DNA of 64,000 nt from Candidatus Spongiisociaceae bacterium. GTDB taxonomy: Bacteria > Actinomycetota > Acidimicrobiia > Spongiisociales > Spongiisociaceae. A program made the position numbers and the translations under genes. Location: the NCBI GenBank assembly GCA_965219685.1, contig CBDCOH010000002.1, forward strand, positions 3,232,001-3,296,000, in the 5' to 3' direction. The notes beneath the pieces are model-generated. The model saw only the letters and a program-made list of their open reading frames with translations, ran no database searches and was not told the origin of the DNA. Shown in pieces: positions 27,384-38,328 of the stretch (its first letter is position 1; every line of letters begins with the position of its first letter).

Positions 27384-29714
27384 TCAGGCGAGCAGCGATC
27401 GGACGTACTGCGGGGTGATTGGAACCCTTCTGACAGGGGTGGCGATGCCTTCCAGTGCAATGTCCACCGCATTCGCCACCGCGGCCGGAGGAGCTACGGC
27501 ACCCCCCTCGCCGACACCTTTCAAGCCGAGCGGGTTGAGCGGTGAGGGGGTCTCCAAGTGGTCCACCACCAGCGACGGGACATCCCGAGCGGTGGGGATG
27601 ACGTACGCGGCGAGAGAGGCGTTGAGAGGCTGCCCTTGGTCGTCGAACACGATCTCTTCGAGCAGGGCCTCACCGATCCCCTGCGCTACACCACCGTGGA
27701 TCTGGGCATCGACGACCATCGGGTTGATCACATTCCCGCAGTCGTGGACCACGACATACTTGAGTACGGAAGCCTCACCCGTTTCGACATCCACCGCGAC
27801 GGTTGCGGCGTGCGCCCCGTATGACCATGTGACCGTGCTGGGCTGGAAATAGGCGGTGTCCTCCAGTTCCTCACCCCGGCCCCCTGCGATCATGGCCAAC
27901 TCCGCCAGCTTCAGTTCTGTCCGATCCGAGCCGGCTTGCCGGACCCCGTCCCCGGTCAGCTCGAGAGACTCGACCGGAATCCCCAGGTCCCGGGACGCCA
28001 GATCCAGGCAGCGTCGCTTCAACGCCTCCGAGGCGATAGCGACGGCGTTACCCGCCACCACAGCCACCCGGCTGGCGACCGTCCCCCAACCACGCTCGAT
28101 CTTGCCCGTGTCTCCGCCGGTTACCGAGATCAGATCGATCGGCACGCCGAGATGGTCGGCGCACACCTGGGCCAGCGTGGTTTCGTGTGCTTGGCCCTGG
28201 GAGGAAGCTCCCGTGCAAGCCTCGATCGCACCGGTGGGGGAGAGGCGAACAACGGCGCCCTCGAAGGGCCCGATCCCGGTTCCCTCCGTGTAGAAGGCGT
28301 AACCCGTGCCCACCCTGAGACCCCGGTTCTCCGCATCGACGAGAGCCCGATCGCCCGCTCCCATCGAAACGAGTGCAGCGGCCCGCTCAAGCGCCTTGCG
28401 GTAGTCCCCGCTGTCGAGAACCAGGGGCCGGCCGTCGCGGTAGAGCAGGCCGGTTGCCGTCGGCAGGCTCTCGGACTCGATGATGTTCCGCCTGCGAAGC
28501 TCCAACGGATCGATAGACAGTTGGCGTGCCGCCATGTCAATCACTCTCTCGACCGCGAACACCGCCTCAGGCCTGCCGGCTCCGCGGTAGGGCGCGTTGG
28601 GGACCTTGTTGGTGACGACCGCCGTGCCGACCGCCCGCAGGTGCCGGATGTCGTAAACGCCCATGAGATGGCTGAGTGTGTTGTACGGGAGCACGACACC
28701 GAGAGGGTTGTACGCCCCGCAATCGACGAGGAACTTGTCCCTGAGACCGAGGATCCGTCCCTCGGATGTGAGCGCCAGTTCGATCTCATGTACCTGATCC
28801 CTGGCTTGGATGGCGCTCAGAAAGTGCTCGGTCCTGTCCTCGATCCACCTGATGGAGGTCCGTAGTTCCACTGCCAGAAGGGACACGATCAGGTCTTCCG
28901 GGTACAGGACCCCCTTGATACCGAAGCCGCCTCCGACATCCGGAACGACTACCCGGACCCGATCAGCACCGAGGCCGGTAACCCTGGCCACCGCCTTCCT
29001 GAGAGGATGGGCGTTCTGGGTGGAGGACCAGAGGGTCAGGCCCGACTCGGAATCGTACCGGGCGAGCGCACCTCTGGTCTCCATGGGCACTCCGGCTTGC
29101 CGGGCTATGGTGAGCCTGGATCCCACAACCAGGTCGGCGGCGTCGAATGCGTGGTCGGGTTCCCCCAGTTCCACCCTGAATCGCGCAGCGATGTTGTCGG
29201 CCCATTCGTCGTGGACCAGCGGGGAGTCCGCCCGGAGGGCAGAGTCAGGATCCAGGACCGGCGGAAGGTCCTCGTATCCAACGTCTACCTGCTCCGCGCC
29301 GTCCACGGCATCGGTCCGGTTCTCGGCCACCACCACCGCCACCGGCTGTCCCACATACCTTGCCCGTCGCTGGGCCAGCAAAGGAGGACTCGAACTACGC
29401 ATCGACGGACGGAGGGCTTCGATGAGCGCCTCCGGGGGAGCGTCCCAGAGAAACGGAGGAAGCGGATCGGTCGGGAAGTCACGCCACGTGTACACCCCGA
29501 CCACTCCGGGAACGTGTTCGGCTCCTGCCGGGTCGATTCCGCTCACGGAAGCATGGGCGAGCGGGCTTCGCACGAATCGGACATGGAGGGAGTCGCTCGA
29601 TCCGAGGTCCTCTATGAAACGGCCCTCGCCTCGCAAGAACCTCCCATCCTCTAACCTGAGGACCGACCGGCCAACCCACTGCGGTCCTTGGTCTGGTTCC
29701 CTGTCCGCGTTCAT
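27384..29714 (-). CDS. Xanthine dehydrogenase family Mo-binding large subunit (form II CoxL-like), stand-alone
   Basis: VGGGFG.K, PYRGAGRPE, QGQ.HET, QIHGG.AQG, KGVGEGG. Confidence 0.92.
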   Translation of the reverse strand: MNADREPDQGPQWVGRSVLRLEDGRFLRGEGRFIEDLGSSDSLHVRFVRSPLAHASVSGIDPAGAEHVPGVVGVYTWRDFPTDPLPPFLWDAPPEALIEALRPSMRSSSPPLLAQRRARYVGQPVAVVVAENRTDAVDGAEQVDVGYEDLPPVLDPDSALRADSPLVHDEWADNIAARFRVELGEPDHAFDAADLVVGSRLTIARQAGVPMETRGALARYDSESGLTLWSSTQNAHPLRKAVARVTGLGADRVRVVVPDVGGGFGIKGVLYPEDLIVSLLAVELRTSIRWIEDRTEHFLSAIQARDQVHEIELALTSEGRILGLRDKFLVDCGAYNPLGVVLPYNTLSHLMGVYDIRHLRAVGTAVVTNKVPNAPYRGAGRPEAVFAVERVIDMAARQLSIDPLELRRRNIIESESLPTATGLLYRDGRPLVLDSGDYRKALERAAALVSMGAGDRALVDAENRGLRVGTGYAFYTEGTGIGPFEGAVVRLSPTGAIEACTGASSQGQAHETTLAQVCADHLGVPIDLISVTGGDTGKIERGWGTVASRVAVVAGNAVAIASEALKRRCLDLASRDLGIPVESLELTGDGVRQAGSDRTELKLAELAMIAGGRGEELEDTAYFQPSTVTWSYGAHAATVAVDVETGEASVLKYVVVHDCGNVINPMVVDAQIHGGVAQGIGEALLEEIVFDDQGQPLNASLAAYVIPTARDVPSLVVDHLETPSPLNPLGLKGVGEGGAVAPPAAVANAVDIALEGIATPVRRVPITPQYVRSLLA

Positions 29715-30261
29715 GTCCGGCCCGGCTCGATTCCTCCTGTGCAGACCTCGCAGATCGGCAGGGTGTCGTGAACGCTCTCTCCAGACCTGCAGAGTTGGAG
29801 TCGTGACTCTAACAATCCTCACGAGGGCTCTAGCAGGGTGGTGTGAAACCCCTCTTGCGAGCCATCGACCGATGACAAAGTGCCTGGTCATAGGAGGACG
29901 GGCCGTTGCGACTTCCGTTCTAGACCGTCCGCCTATGCATCGAACCGAACGAGTTCCCGGGATCGAAAGCGATCACAAACCCAGGAATCCTGTACGGTTC
30001 CGAGGGAGCGATGGTAGGGTCATCGCATTGAGTTCTCCGTCCTGCTGCGACGGATCGGCAAGGCTGAGAGCCGGAAATTCCAGTCGTGGTCGTCTAGCGC
30101 GTCTGCCGTCCCGTACCAACCCTACAGCCTCCATCGAGTTCCCCATCAGGTAGGAGGACTCGGTTGGCAGGCAAAGAGAAGGGAACAAATCGACATCCGC
30201 GAATCGAGGTAACGGGACAAAGGCTCAGTCGGGCGAGGAGACGAGGGAGGAGCCTGAAGCG

Positions 30262-32049
30262 ATGAGAACCCTTATTTCGAAACTGATGTTGCCGGCCGTC
30301 GCGGTGTGCCTCTTGGCAGCCGCCTGCGGGACCGACGAACCGGCTGAAACCGCTGCAACCCAAGCTCCCAGCCAAACGACCGCGCCGGCCGCGCCGGAGA
30401 CGACTCAAGCTACCGAGTCGACCGAGCCCGAGACCATGGAGGAGCCGGCCGACACAGCAGAACAGCCGGTCGAAACCACGCAGGCGGCGGGTCCTGAGCG
30501 CGTGGAGGAGGTGGTCCTGGCGACCATCGACACCGAGTTCGACCTCACCGCGCTGGATTGGAACTACGGATATCCCGGCCTCGAGTTCGTCGCCTTGCAG
30601 TACGACACGCTGGCGTTCGTAGACGAGCAGGGGAATGTGATCCCGTGGCTGGCTACCTCGTGGGAACTCAACGACGATGCATCCGAATGGACCTTCACCC
30701 TCCGTGATGATGTCAGATGGCACGACGGGGAGAGCTTCACAGCCGAGGACGTGGCGTTCACGGTCGACTACCACAACCAAGTGGTGAGAAAGAGTATCGG
30801 CTACAGCGCCGCCCGCGAATTCGAAGCCGAGGTCGTCGACGATCACACCGTGATCCTCCGGGCTCCGACGCCGGAACCCGACATGGCTCTGAAGCTCAAG
30901 AAACTGTTCATACTTCCCCAGCACCTCTGGGAAGGTGTGGGGACAGGCTTGGAGATCGACGAGGCGGAAGAGGTATACCGAGCCTTCGACGACCACACGG
31001 GTACCGGACCCTTCAAGTTCGTCTCCTTCGATGGCGCGACCTACGTCTTCGAAGCGAACGACGACTACTTCCATGGACCCCCCACCGTCCAGCGCCTGAT
31101 CATCCCGATCATCAGCAACGTCACCGCCATGTTCTCAGCAATGCAGAGTGGCGAGATACATGCTTCGGCGACCGAAGTCCCGCCCGAGTCGGTCGCCTTG
31201 CTCGGTGGCGACCCGAATATCGAGCTCGCCACCGGCACGCTGTTCTCCAACGTCAACCTGCTGATAAACAACAGCAAGGAGCCGTGGAGCAACCCGATTG
31301 TCCGGAATGCGATCGCCAACGCGATCAACATCGATGAGATCATCGATTTCGTTGCGCTTGGAGCTGCGACACCGGGCAGCGCCGGGATGCTGCATCCGGA
31401 CACGCCGCTTGGAATCCCCGGCCTCGTGCCCGAGTACGACCCGGCGGCAGCTGCGGCGGCGCTCGACGGCCTGGGCTATCTCGACACGGACGGTGACGGG
31501 ATCAGGGAACTCACCGACGGCACCCCAATGAGCTACGAGCTCTCCGCCTGGTCGGAGGATCCGCAGATGGTACGGATCGCGGAGTTGGTGGCCGAGTACC
31601 TGGGCGAGATCGGCATCGAGGTGATCCCGCGTCCCACCGAGACCAACACGGCTCTGACCCTCTACTGGCCGGCGTTCAACCGTGCGACCGGAGGACCGGG
31701 ACCGTACGACATAGCAATATCCGGTTGGTCCCCTGCCGCGCAGGAGGTTCCCGCCAAAGGGCTGGACGAGTTCTTCCACTCCGACCCGGAACGGGGCCGC
31801 CTGAACCTGGAGTGGTACACCAATCCCGAAATGGATGCACTGCTCGACCAGCTCGCCGCGACATCCGACGAGGCCGCGCGGAACGACCTCATGAGGGACA
31901 TCCAGCTGCTGGCCTTCGAGGACATGCCGCGTGTCACGATCTGGTACCCGAATGCCTCCTTCGCGTACCGGCCCGAGGTGTACGACGGGTGGCGCTCGAT
32001 TCCTGGGCTTGGCATCATCAACAAGCTCTCCTTCCTCGAGTCCTACTAG
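30262..32049 (+). CDS. ABC family-5 (peptide/nickel-type) substrate-binding lipoprotein
   Basis: Lipobox LAAAC, WTFTLRDDVRWHDGE.FTAEDV, GTGPF. Confidence 0.92.
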   Translation: MRTLISKLMLPAVAVCLLAAACGTDEPAETAATQAPSQTTAPAAPETTQATESTEPETMEEPADTAEQPVETTQAAGPERVEEVVLATIDTEFDLTALDWNYGYPGLEFVALQYDTLAFVDEQGNVIPWLATSWELNDDASEWTFTLRDDVRWHDGESFTAEDVAFTVDYHNQVVRKSIGYSAAREFEAEVVDDHTVILRAPTPEPDMALKLKKLFILPQHLWEGVGTGLEIDEAEEVYRAFDDHTGTGPFKFVSFDGATYVFEANDDYFHGPPTVQRLIIPIISNVTAMFSAMQSGEIHASATEVPPESVALLGGDPNIELATGTLFSNVNLLINNSKEPWSNPIVRNAIANAINIDEIIDFVALGAATPGSAGMLHPDTPLGIPGLVPEYDPAAAAAALDGLGYLDTDGDGIRELTDGTPMSYELSAWSEDPQMVRIAELVAEYLGEIGIEVIPRPTETNTALTLYWPAFNRATGGPGPYDIAISGWSPAAQEVPAKGLDEFFHSDPERGRLNLEWYTNPEMDALLDQLAATSDEAARNDLMRDIQLLAFEDMPRVTIWYPNASFAYRPEVYDGWRSIPGLGIINKLSFLESY

Positions 32050-32114
32050 ACGGAGTACCTGTCACTGGTCGCTCGTCGGATGGCGTTAGTGGCCCGGGCG
32101 CCCTCTATTAGCCC

Positions 32115-33104
32115 ATGAGGCAATCGCTGGGCGCCCGGGCCCTCCAGTACGCGCTGGTACTGGCGGCAACGCTGCTGATCAACTTCATGCTGCCCAGGAT
32201 CGCGCCCGGTAGTCCCCTGCAGCTCCTGGCAGGGTCGGAGATCGGCCACCTGACCGCCGACGAGATCGCGGCCATCACCGAGGCCTACGGACTCGATGAC
32301 TCCCTGTGGGAACAGTTCTTCACCTACCTGGGAAACCTCGCACGCGGCGACTTCGGCTTTTCCTACCGGTTGGGCGAATCGGTGCTCTCGGTCCTATGGG
32401 AGCGGATCCCCTGGACGCTGCTGCTGGCGGGCACCGGGCTCGTGATAGCCACGATTCTCGGTGTGGTCCTGGGTTCCTACGCTGCCCTACGGCGCAACAG
32501 ACTCCCTGACGCAGCCATCACGGGATCCGCAGCGATGATCCAGTCGATCCCCACCTTCTTCACCGGCCTGCTGTTCCTTGCCGTGTTCGGTGCGCAACTC
32601 GGCTGGTTCCCCACATTCGGAGCCCACGACATGATCCCCCCGGAAGGGCTGTGGGAGAGGATGACGGACCTGCTCGACCATCTGATCATGCCCGCCACGG
32701 TCCTCGTCATGGCCACCTACCCGGCAACATTGTTGACGACGCGCTACGCGATGGTGGACCTCGTCGAAGAGGGGTTCATCGGCACCGCCTATTCGAAAGG
32801 GCTCGGTGAGAGCACGATCCTCTTCCGGCACGGTCTCAGGAATGCGATCCTGCCGGTGCTGACCGTGTTCGCACTGCAGCTCGGTTACCTGATAAGCGGG
32901 ACGGTGGTGATCGAGACCGTGTTCTCCTATCCGGGCGTGGGGCATCTCATGTTCGAAGCCGTTCTCGGACGCGACTATCCGGTGCTCCAGGCCGGCTTCC
33001 TGCTCATCACCGTCAGCGTCATCGCAGCGAACCTGCTGGCTGACATCTCGTACCAGTTCCTAGACCCGCGCGTGCGGTATGACGCAGCCCGATCAACGCA
33101 CTGA
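32115..33104 (+). CDS. ABC permease (OppB/DppB-like)
   Basis: GDFGFS, A.SKGL, HGLRNA, IETVFSYPG.G, RDYP. Confidence 0.92.
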   Translation: MRQSLGARALQYALVLAATLLINFMLPRIAPGSPLQLLAGSEIGHLTADEIAAITEAYGLDDSLWEQFFTYLGNLARGDFGFSYRLGESVLSVLWERIPWTLLLAGTGLVIATILGVVLGSYAALRRNRLPDAAITGSAAMIQSIPTFFTGLLFLAVFGAQLGWFPTFGAHDMIPPEGLWERMTDLLDHLIMPATVLVMATYPATLLTTRYAMVDLVEEGFIGTAYSKGLGESTILFRHGLRNAILPVLTVFALQLGYLISGTVVIETVFSYPGVGHLMFEAVLGRDYPVLQAGFLLITVSVIAANLLADISYQFLDPRVRYDAARSTH

Positions 33105-33980
33105 ACACGGCCGGATGAGCGGCGCCGAGCACCTGCAGCGGGTGCTCAGGCTCAGGGTGCCACAACGGCAGCGGACCCTTGGCATCGCGGGACTGGTCCT
33201 AGTGGGCCTGCTCATCCTCGTTGCCGTCTTCGCCCCGCTGATCGCGCCCTACGACCCGGCGGAGCGGGTCGGGAGACCTTTCGGGGAACCCAGCTCGGAA
33301 CACATACTGGGAACGAACGATGTCGGCAAGGACATCTTCAGCGAGCTCGTGTTCGGGTCCCGCGTCTCGATCGTCGTGGGGTTCACCACCGCGGTGAGCG
33401 CGGTGGCGATAGGGACGCTGATGGGACTGCTTGCGGGCTTCTACGGAGGCTGGGTCGACGCGGCTCTGATGCGGTTGACGGATGTGGTGCTTGTCATCCC
33501 CTTCCTGCCACTGATGATCGTGATGGCCGCGTTCTTCGGCCCGAGCATTCCAACCTCATCACCATCATGGCGTTGATCACGTGGCCTTGGGCTGCCCGTG
33601 TAGTACGCTCGCGGGCTCTCACCCTCCATTCGCGCGGCTTTGTCGAGTCCGCCAAGGCCCTCGGGGCGACCAACCGCCGCCTAATGACCAGATACTTCTT
33701 CCCCCTGCTCATGCCGCTGGCTCTCTCCCAGTTCGTCCTGGTAGTCCCCTACGCCATCCTCATCGAGGCGACCCTGAGCTTCCTGGGTCTCGGTGATCCC
33801 ACGGTTGCCACGTGGGGATCGATGCTGTTCTGGGCCAACGCCCGGGGAGCCTTTCTCGGCGACGCGTGGCTCTGGTGGATCCTGCCTACGGGAATGGCGA
33901 TCAGCCTCACGGTCCTGGCGTTCACCTACAGCGGCTACCTGGTCGAGAGCCTCATCGACGCTCGCTCCCGGAGACACTGA
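33079..33980 (+). pseudogene. ABC permease (OppC/DppC-like) with 1-nt frameshift near 33550
   Basis: HILGT..G.DIFS in first frame; FVESAKALGA, EATLSFLGLG in second; one base missing in ATT(-)CCAAC. Confidence 0.8.
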
Positions 33981-34975
33981 TGGGCATCGCCACGACCGGC
34001 GACCCCCTGCTGGCCATCCGTGACCTCCGGGTCTCGTACAAGACCGGCGGCCGGATCGTGAACGCCGTCAACGGCATCGATCTCGATCTGCACAGGACGG
34101 AGACTCTGGCGATCGTCGGGGAGTCCGGTTCCGGCAAGAGCGTGACCGCCAGAGCGATCATGGGCATGATCAACGACGTGAACGCCGTGGTGAGCGGGTC
34201 GATCCGGTTTCGCGGGCGCGAGCTCCGGGGCCTGAAGGCCTCTGAGTTCAAGTCGATCCGGGGAAGGAAGATCGCGCTGGTCTCCCAGGAGGTGTTCGGT
34301 TCCCTGAATCCTGTAATGACCGTGGGGAACCAGATCGCCGAGATGTTCCGAGCCCATGACGGCGCCAGCTGGAGGGAGGGAAGGCGCCGGGCTCTCGAGT
34401 TGATGGAGCGGCTGGCCATCCCGTCGGCACAGGAGCGGGTGAGGGACTACCCGCACCAGTTCTCAGGTGGGATGTCCCAGCGGATCCTCATCGCCATGGC
34501 CATAGCCCTGGGTCCGGAGATCCTCATCGCCGACGAACCCACGACTGCGCTGGACGTGACCGTGCAGGCACAGATCATGGAGTTGCTGGCCGAACTCCAG
34601 GAAGAACGGGGCATGGCGCTCATCCTGATAACCCACGATGCGGGCGTGGTGGCCGAGGCGGCCGATCGTATAGCGGTGATGTACGCGGGTTCGATCATGG
34701 AGATCGGACCGACCGAGGACGTCTACGTGCGCACCGCCCATCCCTACATGAAGGGGCTGCTCGCATCGATGCCCGACCTCGGCCCGTCCGCCGCCGGGCT
34801 CGAACCCATTCCGGGCACTCCACCGGACCCCGCCAACCTGCCTCCGGGATGCGCCTTCGCGCCCCGCTGCCCGCTGACATCCGGAGTCTGCCCCGAAGTC
34901 CCACCGGTTCTCGAGATCGTCGAGGGCGCGCATGCCACCGCATGCCACCACTCGGACGAGGTCGCCGCGCTATGA
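33980..34975 (+). CDS. ABC ATP-binding protein (OppD-like)
   Basis: GESGSGKS, YPHQFSGGM, DEPTTALD, HPY, C-terminal CAFAPRC; ATG overlaps previous TGA. Confidence 0.92.
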   Translation: MGIATTGDPLLAIRDLRVSYKTGGRIVNAVNGIDLDLHRTETLAIVGESGSGKSVTARAIMGMINDVNAVVSGSIRFRGRELRGLKASEFKSIRGRKIALVSQEVFGSLNPVMTVGNQIAEMFRAHDGASWREGRRRALELMERLAIPSAQERVRDYPHQFSGGMSQRILIAMAIALGPEILIADEPTTALDVTVQAQIMELLAELQEERGMALILITHDAGVVAEAADRIAVMYAGSIMEIGPTEDVYVRTAHPYMKGLLASMPDLGPSAAGLEPIPGTPPDPANLPPGCAFAPRCPLTSGVCPEVPPVLEIVEGAHATACHHSDEVAAL

Positions 34976-35982
34976 ACTCCGCCGACGGACCGCTTATCGA
35001 GGTGAGAGATCTGGTGAAGCATTTCGAGACGGGTAGGGGAAGGGCCAGGCAGCGTGTCCGGGCCGTGGACGGAGTCTCCTTCTCCGTGCATCGAGCGGAG
35101 ACTTTCGGCGTAGTCGGCGAGTCAGGGTGCGGGAAGACGACAGTTGCTCGCCTGCTGATGCTGCTGGAGGAGGCGGACTCGGGATCGATCACGTTCAAGG
35201 GCGAGTCCGTGAACGACTTCGACCGCGAGCGGCGCCAGTCGTACCGGAGGCAGGTACAGATCGTCTTCCAGAACCCCGACGACTCGCTCCACCCTCGCCA
35301 TACGGTCTTCCAATCGGTATCGGAGCCCTGGGCGATACACCGGGACGTGCTCCCGCGCCGCGAATGGCAGGAACGGGCCAACGAGCTCCTGAATCTGGTG
35401 GGCCTGAGCGACAAGCACGCCGGCAGCTACCCGTTTCAGCTGTCCGGCGGGCAGAAGCAGCGGGTGTCGATAGCCCGCGCCCTGGCACTCGAACCCGACG
35501 TCGTGGTACTGGATGAGTGCGTGTCGGCCCTCGACGTGTCCATCCAGGCGCAGATCGTCAACCTTCTCCTCGGAATCCAGGACCGCTTGGGCCTGAGCAT
35601 GATCTTCATCTCGCACGATCTGTCGGTGGTCCGCAACATCGCGGACCGGGTGGCGGTCATGTATCTCGGCAAGATCCTCGAAGCGGGAGGGACTTCCGAC
35701 ATTTTCGGGCAGCCCAGCCATCCCTACACGAAGGCCCTGCTGTCCGCCATACCGCTGGCGGATCCCACCCGTTCGCGTCCCGACCGGATCCTGCTGGCAG
35801 GCGATCCTCCCAGCCCGATAGACCCCCCTTCGGGCTGCCGCTTCCGGACGCGCTGCTGGCAGGCAGACGAACTCTGCGCTCGAGAGGAACCTCAACTCAT
35901 CGCAAGGACCGGCGGCGATCGCCGCTCCGCCTGCCACTACGCAACGCCGGAGGACGTACTGCGTGTGGATGGCTCACGTTGA
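34972..35982 (+). CDS. ABC ATP-binding protein (OppF-like)
   Basis: GESGCGKT, LSGGQKQR, HPYT.ALL, GCRFRTRC. Confidence 0.92.
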   Translation: MNSADGPLIEVRDLVKHFETGRGRARQRVRAVDGVSFSVHRAETFGVVGESGCGKTTVARLLMLLEEADSGSITFKGESVNDFDRERRQSYRRQVQIVFQNPDDSLHPRHTVFQSVSEPWAIHRDVLPRREWQERANELLNLVGLSDKHAGSYPFQLSGGQKQRVSIARALALEPDVVVLDECVSALDVSIQAQIVNLLLGIQDRLGLSMIFISHDLSVVRNIADRVAVMYLGKILEAGGTSDIFGQPSHPYTKALLSAIPLADPTRSRPDRILLAGDPPSPIDPPSGCRFRTRCWQADELCAREEPQLIARTGGDRRSACHYATPEDVLRVDGSR

Positions 35983-35994
35983 CAACTAGATGGT

Positions 35995-36022
35995 TAGTTC
36001 CTAGTTGGTAGTCTGTAGTTGG
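35995..36022. repeat. Degenerate heptamer tract (TAGTxxx)x4
   Basis: TAG recurs every 7 nt at 35995, 36002, 36009, 36016. Confidence 0.55.
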
Positions 36023-36304
36023 TGAGCGGTGGTTAGCGTTAGATTGAGGCAAGTGCCAGCCTCGTTAGCACGGTTCGAGAGTCGCTGGCGGGCCGAGGGG
36101 CGACTCTCACGGAGTAGATGCGAGGGGATCCGGCCCAAAGACAGATGCCTGCAAGCTACTGCTGTGTTGTACAGCGTTGTGTACTGATGGTATAGTTTCG
36201 GTCGCTTCCAGTCAGATCCCTTAGAACTACTCATCTAGATCGTGGTGGCAAACGACTGCGCATTGGGTGGACGGGCCTAAGTTGTCCCGCTTCGAGGTCC
36301 GTTA

Positions 36305-37057
36305 CTACAGACCCCAACCGCCGTCGATTCTCAGGTTCTGCCCGTTGATGTAGGACGCGTCCGGCGAGGCGAGAAACACCACCGCCGCCACCACGTCTGC
36401 TGGCAAGCCGACGCGGCCCGAAGCAGTTCGGGTCGTCACGTAGCGGAGGTTGTCAGGCTGGCTCAACCACTGATCGTTCAGGCTGGTGCGGATGTAACCG
36501 GGGGCGACCGCGTTCACGCGAACTTCGGGCGACAGCCGGGAGGCAAAGCCCCGGGTGAGGTGCATGAGCGCCGCCTTGCTCGCTTGGTAGGTGAGCGGGG
36601 CGCCCGTGACTTCTTCTCCCGCGACCGAGCCCACGTTTACAATCGACCCTCCCCCTGCCTCCCGCATCCGCCATCCGATGTCCTGGCAGAGCAGGAACGG
36701 CGCCCGCACGTTCACGTTCATCACGTGCCCGAAGTCCTCGGAACCGGCCGCCGGGGGATCGCGGCGGACGATCACACCGGCCGCGTTCACCAGGATGTCG
36801 ATGCCGGATCTCCACTCCCACCCCTCTGACATCACCCTGCGGACGGAGTCCACGTCGGAGAGGTCGGCGACGAGCGCCCGGAAGTCCGGCCCTAGCGCCT
36901 CGACTTCGGAACGGAGCGACCCTAGGTCATCCCTCGACCTGGCCACGCCCACTACGTCCGCGCCGGCCCGGGCAAGACCGAGCGCAACCGCCCTCCCTAT
37001 TCCCCTGCTGGCGCCGGTGACGAGGGCCGTGCTCCCCGTGAGGTCAATTCCCCACAT
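36305..37057 (-). CDS. SDR family oxidoreductase
   Basis: TGASRGIG, NAAG, YQASK, PGYI.T, IDGG. Confidence 0.92.
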   Translation of the reverse strand: MWGIDLTGSTALVTGASRGIGRAVALGLARAGADVVGVARSRDDLGSLRSEVEALGPDFRALVADLSDVDSVRRVMSEGWEWRSGIDILVNAAGVIVRRDPPAAGSEDFGHVMNVNVRAPFLLCQDIGWRMREAGGGSIVNVGSVAGEEVTGAPLTYQASKAALMHLTRGFASRLSPEVRVNAVAPGYIRTSLNDQWLSQPDNLRYVTTRTASGRVGLPADVVAAVVFLASPDASYINGQNLRIDGGWGL

Positions 37058-37287
37058 GGGCTGGCAGCCAGGATTCTTGAGAGGTCTCGGTACGGAGTTT
37101 GTCGATCCTGAAATGCTAGCTCCGGACCCGGGCCACCTACATTGCTGCCGACGGTCCAGGTGGGAGGCAATCCCGACATGCCAACTCCCACCGGTTCACC
37201 GCACCTCCATGACTGTCTCGTCGCACCCGGACGGCAGGGGCCGACCTGTTAGCTTGAACCTCGCCAACCGCGACCTAGAGGTGGAGT

Positions 37288-38292
37288 ATGGACGGTGTCG
37301 GATTCGCCGCCGGGTACGACCCGAACATGGACGTCCGGGAGATAGCCAGCTGGATGAAGAAGGCGGACGAGCGTGGGTTCGTGATGGGGTTCTTCTCCGA
37401 GACCATCGAGTTGAACCGGGACTCGGTGTCGGCGCTGACCGCCGCCGGACTGGCCACCGAGCGCATCACGCTGGGAGCCACCCAGACAGTGCGCATCCGG
37501 AACCCGCTCGTCATGGCCCAGACCATCGCTTCCCTGGACGAGATCAGCGGCGGCCGGATGATCCTCTCGCCGGGTGCGTGTACCAACACCCACGCCCGGC
37601 GCTACGGTCTCGACCCGATCTCCCCCCCACAGACTCTGCGAGAGTGGGTGGAGTCCATACGGCTGGTGCTGGGCGGTCAGAACGTCTCCTACTCCGGTGA
37701 AGTGATCTCCTTCGAGAACGCGCAGCTGGGCTTCGAGCCGGTCCGGGACCATATCCCGTTCCTGATGCCCGCCACCAGCGCCACCGGGTTGCGGCTTGCG
37801 GGCAAGATAGGCGACGGTGTGATGCTCAACGCAGCCTGCTCGCCGGAGTACTCGGCCAACGCGCTGGCCATCGCCAGGCAGTCCTGGGAGGAGGAGGGGC
37901 GCGACTGGAACAACTTCATCGTGGCGCAGCTGGTCAACTGCTCCATCGAGGACGACCGCCAGACAGCCCTGGACCAGGTCCGATGGGAGATCGCCACCAA
38001 GTTCGACCCCATCCAGATGCCGTTCATCGCCGGGCCCAAGATGCGGGTGGGCGAGCCCTACATCCACGCGGAGGACATACCGAAGTTCAAGCAAGCCTGG
38101 GCGCGGGGAGGCAAGCAGGCCCTGGTGGAAGCAGTTCCCGACAGCTATGTCGAGGGCATGACCGCTTCAGGAACCCCGGGGGAGGTCAAGGAGAAGGTAG
38201 CACGCTACCGGGAGGCAGGCGTAAGGGTCACGGTGCTCCGGCCGGCCGCCAAGCACCAGGCACAGCGACTACTGGATCTGTTCGCCGAGTAG
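37288..38292 (+). CDS. LLM-class flavin/F420-dependent oxidoreductase
   Basis: TERITLG, RNPLVMAQTIASLDEISGGR, LAGKIGDG, ASGTP. Confidence 0.88.
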   Translation: MDGVGFAAGYDPNMDVREIASWMKKADERGFVMGFFSETIELNRDSVSALTAAGLATERITLGATQTVRIRNPLVMAQTIASLDEISGGRMILSPGACTNTHARRYGLDPISPPQTLREWVESIRLVLGGQNVSYSGEVISFENAQLGFEPVRDHIPFLMPATSATGLRLAGKIGDGVMLNAACSPEYSANALAIARQSWEEEGRDWNNFIVAQLVNCSIEDDRQTALDQVRWEIATKFDPIQMPFIAGPKMRVGEPYIHAEDIPKFKQAWARGGKQALVEAVPDSYVEGMTASGTPGEVKEKVARYREAGVRVTVLRPAAKHQAQRLLDLFAE

Positions 38293-38328
38293 ATCGGCCA
38301 CCACTTCCGCCCCGCCGAGCGGTGGTAC

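Noticed and set aside
27023-27472. Small ORFs over the repeated element (also 8686-8973)
   Set aside because: Frames and lengths are not conserved among the three copies; copy 3 has a stop right after the shared ATG.
36001-36300. 77-aa minus-strand ORF in an AT-richer gap
   Set aside because: No recognisable motif or RBS; its end is translated heptamer repeat; probably decayed DNA.
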